Origin: an uncultured Chloroflexia bacterium
GTDB taxonomy: Bacteria; Chloroflexota; Limnocylindria; Limnocylindrales; CSP1-4
Assembly: GCA_963828165.1 (NCBI GenBank)
Contig: CAWHDR010000001.1
Span: 480,001-544,000, forward strand
DNA length: 64,000 nucleotides
Direction: 5' to 3'
The notes below the pieces were generated by a model, which saw only the letters and a program-made list of their open reading frames with translations, was not told the DNA's origin and did no database searches. Shown here piece by piece: positions 18,737 through 29,265 of this stretch. Position 1 is the first letter of the stretch. Each line of letters opens with the position of its first letter. A program made the translations under genes and the position numbers.

Positions 18737-20158
18737 TTAACTGTCCCGGTCCCCGTGGTGGGCCAGGTACTCGAGAAGGTCGAGCTTCGTGACCACGCCG
18801 GCCGGGCGCTCGCCGCGGACGGCAACCAGCGCTGAGGCATTGCCGCTCAACAGCGCGAATGCCTCATCTAGCGTCGCCGACGCCTCGACCAGCGGGAGGG
18901 GTGGATCCATGATCTCGCCGACCGTGCGCTCGACGACGCTCGGGTCCCGGTACGCGCGATCGAGCAGGCCCTTCTCGCTGATCGAGCCCACCAGCCCGAC
19001 GACGTCGTCGCCCTCGGGCTCCTCCGACACCGGTAGCTGGCTGATGCCGTACGCCTGGAGCGTGGTGATCGCCTCACCGACGCGCTCCGTGGTCCTAGCT
19101 ACGACGACGGGCGGGCGATCGGTCGGGTGGTGGCGGTCCGCCAGCAGCGCCGCGATGCGGGTAGCCGCCCCGGTCGTGGCCATCAGGCCGTTGACCCGCA
19201 TCCATTCGTCGTTGTAAAGCTTCGAGAGGTAGTTCCGGCCGCCGTCGGGCAGCAGCACCACGACGACCGCATCCGCTCCGCCGTCGGTCGTCATGAGGTC
19301 GCGGATCACCTCGCGCGCGGCGACCATGGCCGTGCCACACGACCCACCGGCGAGGATCCCCTCCTCGCGCGTCAGGCGGCGCGCCATCGCGAAGGCATCG
19401 CGGTCGCTGACCCGGACCCAGCGATCGACCACGGACGGGTCGTACGTGCCCGGCAGGAAGTCCTCGCCGACACCCTCCGTCAGGTACGGCCGCGCGGTAT
19501 CGCCAGACAGGATCGAGCCTTCCGGATCCGCTCCGATGATCTGGATCTCCGGGTTTCGTGCCTTGAGGACGTGGGCCGCGCCCGAGATCGTGCCGCCGGT
19601 GCCGACGCTGGCCACGAAGTGGGTGATCCGACCCTCCGTCTGGTCCCACAGCTCCGGGCCGGTCGTCTGCTCGTGGGCCGCCGGGTTCTCCTGGTTCCAG
19701 TACTGGTCGGGCTTGAACGCGCCCGGGATGTCGCGCGCCAGCCGCGCCGCGACGCTGTAGTAGCTCTCGGGCGATTCGGGGGTGACGTTCGTGGGGCACA
19801 GGACGACCTGGGCGCCGTACGCCCGGAGGAGCGCCTGCTTCTCGGTCGACTGCTTGTCGGCCATCACGAAGATGCAGCGGTAGCCCTTGAGCGCTGCCGC
19901 GATGGCGAGCCCGTGGCCGGTGTTGCCGCTGGTCGGCTCGATGATCGTGCCGCCCGGCTTGAGGAGGCCGTCGCGCTCAGCCGCCTCGATCATCGGCAGA
20001 CCGATCCGGTCCTTGACCGAACCGCCGGGATTGAGCATCTCCATCTTGGCGAGCAGGAGCGGCTGGCGCTCCTTCGCGCCCAGGTCTCTCGTCACCCGGC
20101 TGATCCGGACGAGCGGGGTGTTCCCCACGAGGTCGAGGATGGTCTCCGCGTACTGCAT
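18737..20158 (-). CDS. cbs: Cystathionine beta-synthase with C-terminal CBS pair
   Basis: NPGGSVKDRI, EPTSGNTGHG, GTGGTISG, PDGGRNYLSK, CBS domains (ISQLPV; GVVTKLDLL). Confidence 0.93.
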   Translation of the reverse strand: MQYAETILDLVGNTPLVRISRVTRDLGAKERQPLLLAKMEMLNPGGSVKDRIGLPMIEAAERDGLLKPGGTIIEPTSGNTGHGLAIAAALKGYRCIFVMADKQSTEKQALLRAYGAQVVLCPTNVTPESPESYYSVAARLARDIPGAFKPDQYWNQENPAAHEQTTGPELWDQTEGRITHFVASVGTGGTISGAAHVLKARNPEIQIIGADPEGSILSGDTARPYLTEGVGEDFLPGTYDPSVVDRWVRVSDRDAFAMARRLTREEGILAGGSCGTAMVAAREVIRDLMTTDGGADAVVVVLLPDGGRNYLSKLYNDEWMRVNGLMATTGAATRIAALLADRHHPTDRPPVVVARTTERVGEAITTLQAYGISQLPVSEEPEGDDVVGLVGSISEKGLLDRAYRDPSVVERTVGEIMDPPLPLVEASATLDEAFALLSGNASALVAVRGERPAGVVTKLDLLEYLAHHGDRDS

Positions 20159-20190
20159 CGCGGGCGAGTATAGGCGGACGGGACCGGCCG

Positions 20191-21108
20191 TCAGCCGTCG
20201 CGGTCGAGGCGGCCCTTCCGCAGCAGCAGCCAGGTGAGCCGTCGTCGCAACCGGCGAGGATGGGCGGGAGGATCCACGGTCGTTGGGTGCAGCGCCTGGA
20301 CGACCGGGTCCAGGATCTCCGCAAGGCGATCGGTCATGGCCCGGGCCGTGGCCAGCTCGTCACGGGTGCCCGGCGCCGGCAGCGGATCGCCAGCCTGGAA
20401 GCCTGCCAGCTCCCGAGCCGACCGCGGTGGGAGCACCCGCGAGGCCATCCGCCGGCCGACGTACAACTCCTCGGTGCCAGCCATCGCCAGCGGCACGACC
20501 GTGGCGTCCGTGCGGAGCGCGATGATCGCCCAGCCGGTCCGCATGGCTCCGATGCGCCCTGGCGGGCCGCTCACCGTTCCCTCCGGCATCTGGACGAAGA
20601 CCGCGCCGGCATCGACGACCGCTCGTGCCGAGGCCACGTGCGGGTCGATCCCCACACCGCCGCGCCAGACCGGCAAGAGGCCACCGATCCGGCGGACGAG
20701 CCACTCGCGCCATCGCGTCGTGAAGGTCGATGGGCCGCTCCCCAGGATCCAGCAGCGCGGCTCCACGGGTAGGGCGTGCATCACGACGAACGGGTCCATC
20801 CACCCCCGATGCGCACCGGCGACGAGCAGGTAGCCGCCGTTGGGGACGTGCTCCTGCCCGGAGGTTTCGATGCGGAAGCGGAACAGCCCGAAGCAGACGA
20901 ACCGGACGAGCAGCCGAGTGGCTCGATAGAGCAGCGACGCCTTCGCCTCCGGGGCTCGACCGAGCCAGGCCAGGCCCTCGGACACACCACCGCGGGCGGC
21001 GGCCATGGCCTCCGGGGAGATGCGGCCGGGCGGCGGTCGCCGTCGGGGACGATCCGGCGGCGATGGATCGGACGCGGTCGCCTCGGGCGGACGCGCGTCG
21101 CCGGTCAT
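20191..21108 (-). CDS. Lysophospholipid acyltransferase (PlsC-like)
   Basis: HRGWMD (HxxxxD) and MPEGT motifs. Confidence 0.85.
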   Translation of the reverse strand: MTGDARPPEATASDPSPPDRPRRRPPPGRISPEAMAAARGGVSEGLAWLGRAPEAKASLLYRATRLLVRFVCFGLFRFRIETSGQEHVPNGGYLLVAGAHRGWMDPFVVMHALPVEPRCWILGSGPSTFTTRWREWLVRRIGGLLPVWRGGVGIDPHVASARAVVDAGAVFVQMPEGTVSGPPGRIGAMRTGWAIIALRTDATVVPLAMAGTEELYVGRRMASRVLPPRSARELAGFQAGDPLPAPGTRDELATARAMTDRLAEILDPVVQALHPTTVDPPAHPRRLRRRLTWLLLRKGRLDRDG

Positions 21109-22151
21109 GGGCTCGGACGCGGCTCGGTCTCGTCAGGGGCCGCGGCATCGCCATCGACGGCGGGCTCGGGCTCGTCCGCGGCGTCGGTCTCGTCGGCTTC
21201 GTCGTCGAGCGTCTCGTCAACCGAGTCGTCGACCGCGTCGTCGTCGATCCGGTCGCCGACATTCGCCCACGGCTCATCGATCGGTCGGGTCATCCAGGCC
21301 GCGCCAAGCGCACCCCACGTCGCGCGCTGGGGATCCGTCGGCGGCTTGTCGCCCATCCGGCTCCCACGATGTCGCAGGACCAGCCCCACGACCCCGATCG
21401 CGATGAACGCCAGCGAGACGATCTGCGCGGTCGGAACGCCGAAGAACGTCCAGTTGTCCGCGCGCAGCGTTTCGAGCGCGAAACGCGTGACGCCGTACCA
21501 GATGAAGAAGGTGAGCAGCAGGTCACCGGGTCGCAGCCAAGACCGCAGCCGATACCCGAGGAACACGAGGAAGGCGGCGCCGACCAACCCCGAGATCGAT
21601 TCGTACAAGAAGAGCGGGTGGAACCGGGTGGTCTCGGCCAGCGTGTCGCACGAATAGATGACGAGCCGGTGGGCGCAGTCGATCGGGATGCCCCACGGCG
21701 CCGCCGTCGGCGGCCCGTACAGCTCCTGGTTGAAGTAGTTGCCCCACCGGCCGATGGCCTGCATGACGAACAGGGCGGGCGCGATGATGTCCGCCCAACG
21801 AGCGAACGACACGCCGCGGCGACGCGCGTACCACCATGCCGCGAGCGTACCGGTCACGATGCCGCCGAACACCCCCAGGCCCGAATAGGGCGGCAGGATG
21901 ATCTTGAGGGGATCGTTCGCGTACAGGGCCCATTGATCGATGACGTGGTAGAGCCGTCCGCCGATCAGGGCCGCGATCGACACGATGATGATGCCGTTGC
22001 CGACGATGTCGGGGTCCTCGCCGGCGGATCGCGCAAGGCGGATGAGGACGACGTATGCCGCCGCCAGCCCGATCGCGTAACAGAGCCCGTACCAGCCGAT
22101 CGTGATGGGACCGAGCTGGAGCGCGACGGGATCGGGCGGGATGTCGAACAT
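21105..22151 (-). CDS. lgt: Prolipoprotein diacylglyceryl transferase
   Basis: IGWYG, GGRLYHV, QAIGRWGNYFNQELYG, HPLFLYES; acidic C-terminal tail. Confidence 0.93.
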   Translation of the reverse strand: MFDIPPDPVALQLGPITIGWYGLCYAIGLAAAYVVLIRLARSAGEDPDIVGNGIIIVSIAALIGGRLYHVIDQWALYANDPLKIILPPYSGLGVFGGIVTGTLAAWWYARRRGVSFARWADIIAPALFVMQAIGRWGNYFNQELYGPPTAAPWGIPIDCAHRLVIYSCDTLAETTRFHPLFLYESISGLVGAAFLVFLGYRLRSWLRPGDLLLTFFIWYGVTRFALETLRADNWTFFGVPTAQIVSLAFIAIGVVGLVLRHRGSRMGDKPPTDPQRATWGALGAAWMTRPIDEPWANVGDRIDDDAVDDSVDETLDDEADETDAADEPEPAVDGDAAAPDETEPRPSP

Positions 22152-22207
22152 GCGCGGAGTGTAGCCGCGGCGGCTCGACGGGCGATGCGTCCCTATACTT
22201 CGCGACG

Positions 22208-22534
22208 GTGAACGCCGAGTTCAACTGGTGGATGCTGATGGTCGGGCTCGTCGTGGGAGCCGGGCTGGTCTGGTTCGTGGTCGCCGATCAGCGCCGTCGC
22301 GAGGTCGACATCGACGCGCGGGAGCGAGCGCAGGAAGCGCTCTGGCTGTCGGCCAGCCTCGAGGAGGAGGGCCGCCACGTCACGCCCGAGACCGCCGAGC
22401 GGCTCCTCGCCCTCCATCGCGCCTATCTCGAGGCGCCGCCACCGGACGAGACGCCACCACCCGACAGCTCGTCAGAGCTCCCCGACGATGACCGGCGGCG
22501 CGTCGATCGCGGTGCTGTCGAGATCGGTGAGTGA
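22208..22534 (+). CDS. Hypothetical membrane-anchored protein
   Basis: N-terminal TM helix and GC-typical codons; ~60-nt convergent overlap with the next gene. Confidence 0.6.
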   Translation: MNAEFNWWMLMVGLVVGAGLVWFVVADQRRREVDIDARERAQEALWLSASLEEEGRHVTPETAERLLALHRAYLEAPPPDETPPPDSSSELPDDDRRRVDRGAVEIGE

Positions 22535-23284
22535 GACCCCGAAGGTCGTCCCCGGCCCCACTTCGCTGACCGACGGGGTATCGCCGACCCAGAAGGCAAG
22601 GTCGTCGCCGAAGAACATCCGCCCGACGTTCTCGCGCTTCCCAGCGACTTCCACCCAGCAGCGGTATTCCTGTCCGGCCGGCGGATGGTCCAGGCCCATG
22701 GCCACGACCACGAGCCTCGTGGTTGTCGGCGAGAACAGGAGCGACCCTGACGTGTCGGCCTCGCTCGCCGACAGCGCGACGCGTTGTGCGTCCGGCTCGC
22801 CGGTGATCTCGATCGTTGCGCTCGTGACCGCTTCGAGCCCGGCGATCGCCCGGTCCTGAGCGGCCAGCTGTTCCGACAGGCCCTGGACGGCAAGGAAGGA
22901 TGTCGCGGCGACCGCCAGGGCGACGACTGCGGCGATGCTCGCGACCCACGGCAGCACGCGAGCGGTTCGCCCACGGGTTTCGTGGACGGCCGCGGGTGCC
23001 GTGGCGGGGCTGGCTGGCGTCGCCGTTCCCCGAGCCACGCCGTGCTCGCGCACGTAGGCAAGCGTCCGCTCGCGCAGGTCGGCCGACGGCGTCGTCCGCA
23101 CGACGTCGCGCAGGAGCGGCGCCGCTCGTCCGAGCCGCTCGAACTCACCGCCGCAGGCATCGCAGCCCACCAGGTGACCAGCGATCGCCGCGGCGATCGC
23201 CGTGTCCCCGGCCATCAGCCGCGCCAGCCCATCGGGCTCCACGGCCGCCAGCTCGAGCTGTTCGAGTACCTCGTCGTGATCCAT
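22472..23284 (-). CDS. Anti-sigma factor (zinc-binding HxxxCxxC plus RskA-like domain)
   Basis: HLVGCDAC, one TM helix, GQEYRCW..FGVSL extracytoplasmic domain; directly after the ECF sigma gene. Confidence 0.85.
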   Translation of the reverse strand: MDHDEVLEQLELAAVEPDGLARLMAGDTAIAAAIAGHLVGCDACGGEFERLGRAAPLLRDVVRTTPSADLRERTLAYVREHGVARGTATPASPATAPAAVHETRGRTARVLPWVASIAAVVALAVAATSFLAVQGLSEQLAAQDRAIAGLEAVTSATIEITGEPDAQRVALSASEADTSGSLLFSPTTTRLVVVAMGLDHPPAGQEYRCWVEVAGKRENVGRMFFGDDLAFWVGDTPSVSEVGPGTTFGVSLTDLDSTAIDAPPVIVGEL

Positions 23285-23303
23285 GCTTCTCCGCGTTCTC
23301 GTG

Positions 23304-24005
23304 TCAGCGATCCGGCCGGGCCACGGGGGCCCGGGCCAGGTATCGGGTGAACTCGGGGCCGGCCCCGCTGCCCAGGACCTCGCGCAGGCGCAGGAGCGCC
23401 CGCCGGGTCCGCGTCTTGACCGTCCCGAGCGGCCAGCCGAGTCGATCCGCGATCTCGGTCTGCGTCAGGTCCTCGCCATAGGCCAGGACGATCACCACCC
23501 GTTCGACCTCGGGCATCTCGGCCAGCGCCGCCTGCAGGGCCTCCCGCAGCTCGAGCAGGGCGACTTCCATGTCGGGCGAGCGGACCGGCGCCGAGCCCGC
23601 GACGATCGTGCCGCCAGCGAGCACGCGTTCGAGTGCGTCGGCATCGGGCTCCGGGCCCCCGCCGTAGGCGGACCCCGAAGCGGCCGCCGAGGTCAACGGT
23701 ACGAGGGTGGGGCGCCGCCCGGCCGCGCGAAGTCGGTCCACCGTGCGATTGCGCGCGATCGTATGCAGCCAGGCCGCAAGCGAGCCGACTGTCGGATCGA
23801 ATGTTTCCGCGCGGTTCCAGAGCGCCAGGAACGTCTCCTGCACGACCTCTTCGGCGAGTCCCCGATCTGAGGTAAGGCGATAGGCCGATGCGAACACCGC
23901 ATCGGCGTGACGGTCGTAGAGCGCGGCCAGGGCGTCGTGCGATCCCGCCGCGACCTCGCGAACGAGGCCGACGTCGACGCCAGGACCCGGGCCGACTCTC
24001 GTCAT
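23304..24005 (-). CDS. ECF sigma factor (SigK-like)
   Basis: ALAALYDRH, AEEVVQETFLALW, WLHTIARNRTVD, LTQTEIA..PLGTVKTR. Confidence 0.92.
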   Translation of the reverse strand: MTRVGPGPGVDVGLVREVAAGSHDALAALYDRHADAVFASAYRLTSDRGLAEEVVQETFLALWNRAETFDPTVGSLAAWLHTIARNRTVDRLRAAGRRPTLVPLTSAAASGSAYGGGPEPDADALERVLAGGTIVAGSAPVRSPDMEVALLELREALQAALAEMPEVERVVIVLAYGEDLTQTEIADRLGWPLGTVKTRTRRALLRLREVLGSGAGPEFTRYLARAPVARPDR

Positions 24006-24048
24006 CGGATACGTCCGGACCGGGCGTGGCGGTTTTCGAGGCTCGGGT

Positions 24049-24363
24049 TCACCACGAGCCGGCCTCCCGGTGGGCGACACCGGTCAGCGTGCCAGCCGGC
24101 AGGTGCGACTCCAGGCAGACGACGCCGTCCGATCCGACGATCGCGTCGTGGGCGGAGCCCGCCGGCAGCTCCAGGCGATCGCCGGCGGCGAGCTCCAGGG
24201 GACCATCGCCGAGGCCGAACGTGATCGACCCCGATGCCACGACGATGACCTTGTCGTAGGCGTGGTCGTGCGAGGCGTAGGTGTCGCCGGGGCCGTTGGA
24301 CCACGCCCCGGGGTCCAGCCCCTCCCCCGTGAGCCGCTCGCGCAGGACCGTCGCATCGCCCAT
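24049..24363 (-). CDS. Cupin-domain protein
   Basis: HDHAYDKVIVVASGSI..GDRLELPAGSAH. Confidence 0.85.
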   Translation of the reverse strand: MGDATVLRERLTGEGLDPGAWSNGPGDTYASHDHAYDKVIVVASGSITFGLGDGPLELAAGDRLELPAGSAHDAIVGSDGVVCLESHLPAGTLTGVAHREAGSW

Positions 24364-24367
24364 CGGA

Positions 24368-25549
24368 TCAGACGCCCGTGCCGACGCCGATGATCGAACC
24401 GATCATGAACGTCACGACGGCTGCGCCGAGCCCGATCGCGAGCTGGCGGACGCCGCTGAACAGCATCCCCCGTCCGGTCAGGAGGCTCACCCCGGCACCG
24501 ACCGCGAACAAGGCTGCGAGGCTCGCGCCCAGGCTGACGACCGTGATGGTCGGGCCGCCGCCGAACAGGAACGGGATCACCGGCACGGCGGCGCCGATCG
24601 CGAACGAGACCATCGAACCGACCGCCGCCCCCCAGGGTGAGCCGAGCTCGTCCGGGTCCAAACCCAGCTCCTCGCGCACGAGGATATCGAGCGCGGCTTC
24701 CGGATCCTGGAACAAGCGGTGGGCGATGCGGGCCGCCTCGTCCCGGGCGAATCCCTTCGCGCGGTAGGCCGCCGCGAGCTCGGCCTCCTCCTCCTCGGGC
24801 ATCGCCTCCATCTCGGCCCGTTCGAGCTCGATCTGTCGCTCGAACAGCTCGCGCTGGCTCTGCATGCTGATGTACTCGCCCGCGGCCATGCTGAAGGCCC
24901 CCGCCAGCAGGCCGGCGATCCCGGCGAGGAGGACCAGGGACGGGTGCGCGGACGACGCGCCGGCCACACCCATGACCAGCGACAGGTTGCTTACGAGGCC
25001 ATCGCTCACGCCGAAGATGACCGCGCGAAGCGTGCCCGACCGAGCGCTCGTGCGATGCCACGGCTCGCGCCGTGCGATCTCGGCGGCGTACGGGGCACGC
25101 CGGGTCGAGCCGACGCCATTGCGACCATCGGCGATGGGCTTGCCCTCGGACAGACGCTCCCAGATCTGCGCGTGCTCGCGCTCGTCGGCGGCGATCGCCG
25201 CGATCTCGGGCGATCCGCCCTGGCTCTCGTAGGCCTCTTCCTCGTCACCCTCGAGGGCCTTCACGAGCTCGGCGACCGAGCGCGTCCCGAACAGCCGGGC
25301 GATGAGCATGATGATGCGTACCCGCGGCCGCGGGCCATGCGCGGGTGGGACGGTCGCCCCGAGCTCGGTCAGCTTGCTGGCCCAGATGTCGGCGTGCCGC
25401 CGCTCGTTCGCCGCGATCCGTCGGAAGGCTTCCGCCCGGGTCTGATCCTTCTCGATCTCGGCGAGCGAGTCGTAGAGGACGATCGCGTCACGTTCGAGTT
25501 TGAGATTCTCGAGGCTGGTCGCGAGGTCGATGGGCGCCACGCGGCGCAT
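24368..25549 (-). CDS. Rubrerythrin-like domain + VIT1/CCC1 iron/manganese transporter
   Basis: ERRH and EREH di-iron motifs; IFGVSDGLVS, SMAAGEYIS, REELG. Confidence 0.9.
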   Translation of the reverse strand: MRRVAPIDLATSLENLKLERDAIVLYDSLAEIEKDQTRAEAFRRIAANERRHADIWASKLTELGATVPPAHGPRPRVRIIMLIARLFGTRSVAELVKALEGDEEEAYESQGGSPEIAAIAADEREHAQIWERLSEGKPIADGRNGVGSTRRAPYAAEIARREPWHRTSARSGTLRAVIFGVSDGLVSNLSLVMGVAGASSAHPSLVLLAGIAGLLAGAFSMAAGEYISMQSQRELFERQIELERAEMEAMPEEEEAELAAAYRAKGFARDEAARIAHRLFQDPEAALDILVREELGLDPDELGSPWGAAVGSMVSFAIGAAVPVIPFLFGGGPTITVVSLGASLAALFAVGAGVSLLTGRGMLFSGVRQLAIGLGAAVVTFMIGSIIGVGTGV

Positions 25550-25628
25550 CGTACCCGCGTGCGCGTTCTGGCGGCGTACGTCGCCCCCGTCTCGCACGAC
25601 GCCGGTCCGCCACCTAGACTCGCGATGC

Positions 25629-26627
25629 ATGAAGCCCCTCGTCACCAGGTACCTCTCGGCGGCCGATGTGACCGCGGCGATGCCCCCGGTCGAGGAACGC
25701 CTGACCCTGGCCGAGCGGACGATGACCGCGCTCGTCGCGGACGCCGAGCTGCCACCGAAGATCGGCGTTCATCCGCGCCCGGCCGGCTCCTTCGCGCACG
25801 CGATGCCGGCGGCCCTGCGCGACCCGGACGGCTCCGATCTGCTGGGGATGAAATGGGTGGCGGGCTTCCCGGAGAACCGGACGGGCGGGCTGCCCGCGAT
25901 CCACGCCGTCGTGGTCCTCAACGATCCGGCGACCGGCGTACCGCGGGCCATCCTGGACGGCGGCCCGATCACCGCGCAACGGACGGCGGCCGTGTCGGGC
26001 GTGGCGCTATCGCTCTTCGGCCCGCAACAGCTCGGTCGGGCGCCTTCGCCTCGGGCAGCGATCATCGGCGCCGGCGTGCAGGGCTACAGCCATCTCGAGG
26101 TGCTCGCGCATGTGCTGCCGGGGGTCGAGCTTGCGATCCACGACCGCCACCAGGAGCGTGCCGAGGCACTCGCCGAGACGGCCCGCGCGACGCCAGGGAT
26201 CGCGGCCGCGAACCCGGTCGATTCGGCGCAGGACGCGGTCACCGACGCCGACGTCGTGATCACCGCCGCCTCGTTCACGGACCCGGCCCATCGCCAGGCG
26301 ATGACCTCCGATTGGCTGACGCCGGACGCGCTCGTCATCCCCGTGGACTACGCGACGATGTGCGCGGCCGAGGTGGCCGAGGGGGCGGCCCTGTTCCTCG
26401 TGGACGATCGCGGCCAGTTCGTGGCGAACCGTCGGGCAGGCCAGTTCGATGGTTACCCCGACCCGGTCTCCACGCTCGGCGTGGCGATCCTGGCCGGGAC
26501 CGCACGGCCCGCGAGCGGCCGGGTCGTCGTCACGCACCTCGGTGTCGGGCTCGCGGACGTGATCTTCGCGGATGCGATCGTCCGGCGGGCCGAGGCAGCC
26601 GGTCTGGGCACGGCGCTCGGCGGCTGA
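25629..26627 (+). CDS. Ornithine cyclodeaminase/mu-crystallin family protein
   Basis: HAMPA, GMKWV, ITAQRTAA, IIGAGVQG, GVGLAD. Confidence 0.9.
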   Translation: MKPLVTRYLSAADVTAAMPPVEERLTLAERTMTALVADAELPPKIGVHPRPAGSFAHAMPAALRDPDGSDLLGMKWVAGFPENRTGGLPAIHAVVVLNDPATGVPRAILDGGPITAQRTAAVSGVALSLFGPQQLGRAPSPRAAIIGAGVQGYSHLEVLAHVLPGVELAIHDRHQERAEALAETARATPGIAAANPVDSAQDAVTDADVVITAASFTDPAHRQAMTSDWLTPDALVIPVDYATMCAAEVAEGAALFLVDDRGQFVANRRAGQFDGYPDPVSTLGVAILAGTARPASGRVVVTHLGVGLADVIFADAIVRRAEAAGLGTALGG

Positions 26628-26643
26628 AGGTCGGGGGACACAC

Positions 26644-29265
26644 GTGCGGCTCTTGAAGCGGGTGGTCATCGTTCTGCTCATCGTGGTCGTCGTCGCCGTG
26701 GCGGCCGGGGCGGGCGCGCTGGTCTGGATCACCAACCGTGCGATGCCGCAGACCGCCGGCACGCTCCAGGTGCCCGGTCTGGACGCCGCCGTCACCGTGA
26801 ACCGCGACGCGGCGGGGTTCGCCCATATCACCGCGACCACGGCGCACGACCTGTTCGTGGCCCAGGGGTATATCCACGCGCAGGAACGGATGTGGCAGAT
26901 GGAGGTCTGGCGGCGCATCTCGGCCGGCCGCCTCTCAGAGCTGTTCGGGGCGAGCTCGCTCGAGCAGGACCGGTTCATCCGGACCCTCGGCTGGCGGCAG
27001 GCGGCGGAACGGGATCTCGCCGCGCTCTCCGGCGACACGCGCGGGATCCTCGATGCGTATGTCGCCGGGGTCAACGCCTGGCTCGACGCCAATCGGGGCA
27101 ACCTCGGGCTGGCCTTCGTGATCACCGGCGCGAACCCCGAGCCCTGGACCGTGCTCGACACGCTCACGTGGGGCAAGGTCCAGGCCTGGAATCTCGCCGG
27201 GAACATGAGTACCGAAATCTTCCGGTTCCTCGCCGATGCGCGGCTCGGTGACCCCTCACGGACCGACGAGCTCTTCGCGACCAGGGAGTTCGGGCCGGTC
27301 ATCGTTCCCGCGCCGGACATCGATCCCTCGCCGGACATCGATCCCCTCGCAACCGAGGACGGCGGGACGGCCGGGACGATGGCCGGCGTCGCGCCCCGCC
27401 CGGACCCGCGACCTTCCGCGGCCATCACGGACGACCAGGCAGGCGCCTGGCGAGACCTCGCCTCGATCGGCGACGACCTGCTGCAGCTTGCGGGCCTCGA
27501 CGGATCGGCTGGCGGCCTCGCGTCGGATCATGGGATCGGCTCCAACGACTGGGTCGTGGCTCCCTCGCTGTCGTCGTCGGGTGGCGCGTTGCTCGCGAAC
27601 GACCCGCACCTTGGGATCTCGATGCCGTCGATCTGGTTCGTCAACGGCCTACATTGCGCGACCGTCGACGAGGCCTGCCCGTTCGACGTCGCCGGGGTCA
27701 GCTTCCCGGGGGTCCCGGGCGTGGTCCTGGGGCACAACGCCCGGATCGCGTGGGGTGCGACGAACGCGGCCGTGGACGTCCAGGACCTGGTCATCGAGAC
27801 GATCGACCCCGCGGATCCAGCCCGCTACCTGGGACCGGACGGTGCGTCGCTCCCCTTCACGATCCGGACCGAGCAGATCGCGGTCTCGGGCGGCGATCCG
27901 GTCACCATCGAGGTCCGGGACACCGTCCACGGCCCGATCCTCAACGATGTCGACGAGCGGCTGGCCGACAGCCCGCTGATGGCGCTGCGCTGGTCGGCGA
28001 TCCATCCGGCGGCCGCGCCGGACCGGACGTACGAGGCCATCCTTGGCCTGAACAAGGCCGCCGATTTCGAGGACTTCCGCGCCGCCCTGTCCCTGTATGG
28101 GGGGCCATCGCAGAACTTCGTCTACGCCGACGTCGATGGGCACATCGGGTATCAGCTGCCGGGCTATGTGCCGATCCGCTCCGATCCCGGCGATCGGGGC
28201 GATCGGCCGGTCCTGGGCTCGACCGGCAACGGGGAGTGGCTCGGCCGGATCCCCTTCGAGCAGTTGCCGTCGGTGTTGGACCCGGTCGATGGCTGGATCG
28301 TGACCGCCAACAACGCGGTGGTCGATGCCGCCGATCCGCGGTTCCTCGGCCAGGAATGGGACCCGGGCTACCGGGCCGAGCGGATCATCGACCTCCTCAA
28401 CCACCACGCGGAGGACGGGTTGACGGTGCCCGACATGGGCCTCATCCAGGCCGACACGTCGCCGCTTCGTGCCCGTGACATCGTGCTGTGGCTGGACGAG
28501 GCGCTGCCGGCCACCCCGGACGGGTTCACGATCGCCGACCGGATCGCGACCTGGGACGGCCGTTGCACGCTCGACAGTTTCGGCTGCTCGGCGTACATGG
28601 CGTGGGAGTATCGGATCCTGCGCGACCTCTTCGATGACGAACTCGGACCGCTGGCGCGCGACTACGTTGGCAGCCCGTGGAGTTGGGTGGCCCTCGAGCA
28701 ACTGATCCAGGACCCTGGTTCGCCGTGGTGGGACGACACAACGACGCCGACGGTCGAGACGGCGGACGTGATCGCGCTGCGCGCCATGGACGAAGCCGGG
28801 GCCGAGCTGCGGGCGGCGTTCGGCGACCCGGACTCGTGGGACTGGGCCCGGCTGCATACCGCGACGTTCAAGGAGGCGACGATCGGGACGGGCAGTGGGA
28901 TCGGGCCCCTTGAGTGGTACTTCAACGAGGGCCCGGTGGGCGCGCCGGGCGCAGCCGGTACCGTCAACAACACCTATTACCGCCTGAGCCGCGCCTATCC
29001 GGACCCGACGGATCCCGAGTTCGTGCCGATCGGCATCGATCAGCTGTTCACGGTCACGAACCTGCCCTCGTATCGATTGCTCCTGGACCTCTCCGATCTC
29101 GATGGCGCACGGATCGTCATCACCACGGGACAGTCCGGTCATCCCTTCGCGATCCACTACGCCGACCAGATCGAGCCCTGGCGGAACGACGACACGCTGC
29201 CGCTGCCGTTCACCCGTGACGCGATCGCCGCGGCCACCGTGGCGACCCTCACGCTCAGCCCGTGA
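26644..29265 (+). CDS. Penicillin acylase family (Ntn-hydrolase), membrane anchored
   Basis: AQGYIHAQERMWQM, GSNDW (N-terminal nucleophile Ser of the beta chain), LLANDPHL, GHNARIAWGATN, QNFVYAD, GQSGHP. Confidence 0.93.
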   Translation: MRLLKRVVIVLLIVVVVAVAAGAGALVWITNRAMPQTAGTLQVPGLDAAVTVNRDAAGFAHITATTAHDLFVAQGYIHAQERMWQMEVWRRISAGRLSELFGASSLEQDRFIRTLGWRQAAERDLAALSGDTRGILDAYVAGVNAWLDANRGNLGLAFVITGANPEPWTVLDTLTWGKVQAWNLAGNMSTEIFRFLADARLGDPSRTDELFATREFGPVIVPAPDIDPSPDIDPLATEDGGTAGTMAGVAPRPDPRPSAAITDDQAGAWRDLASIGDDLLQLAGLDGSAGGLASDHGIGSNDWVVAPSLSSSGGALLANDPHLGISMPSIWFVNGLHCATVDEACPFDVAGVSFPGVPGVVLGHNARIAWGATNAAVDVQDLVIETIDPADPARYLGPDGASLPFTIRTEQIAVSGGDPVTIEVRDTVHGPILNDVDERLADSPLMALRWSAIHPAAAPDRTYEAILGLNKAADFEDFRAALSLYGGPSQNFVYADVDGHIGYQLPGYVPIRSDPGDRGDRPVLGSTGNGEWLGRIPFEQLPSVLDPVDGWIVTANNAVVDAADPRFLGQEWDPGYRAERIIDLLNHHAEDGLTVPDMGLIQADTSPLRARDIVLWLDEALPATPDGFTIADRIATWDGRCTLDSFGCSAYMAWEYRILRDLFDDELGPLARDYVGSPWSWVALEQLIQDPGSPWWDDTTTPTVETADVIALRAMDEAGAELRAAFGDPDSWDWARLHTATFKEATIGTGSGIGPLEWYFNEGPVGAPGAAGTVNNTYYRLSRAYPDPTDPEFVPIGIDQLFTVTNLPSYRLLLDLSDLDGARIVITTGQSGHPFAIHYADQIEPWRNDDTLPLPFTRDAIAAATVATLTLSP

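Noticed and set aside
27311-27346. 18-bp tandem duplication (PDIDPS/PDIDPL) in the acylase
   Set aside because: Falls in the variable spacer region before the beta-chain Ser; probably neutral slippage
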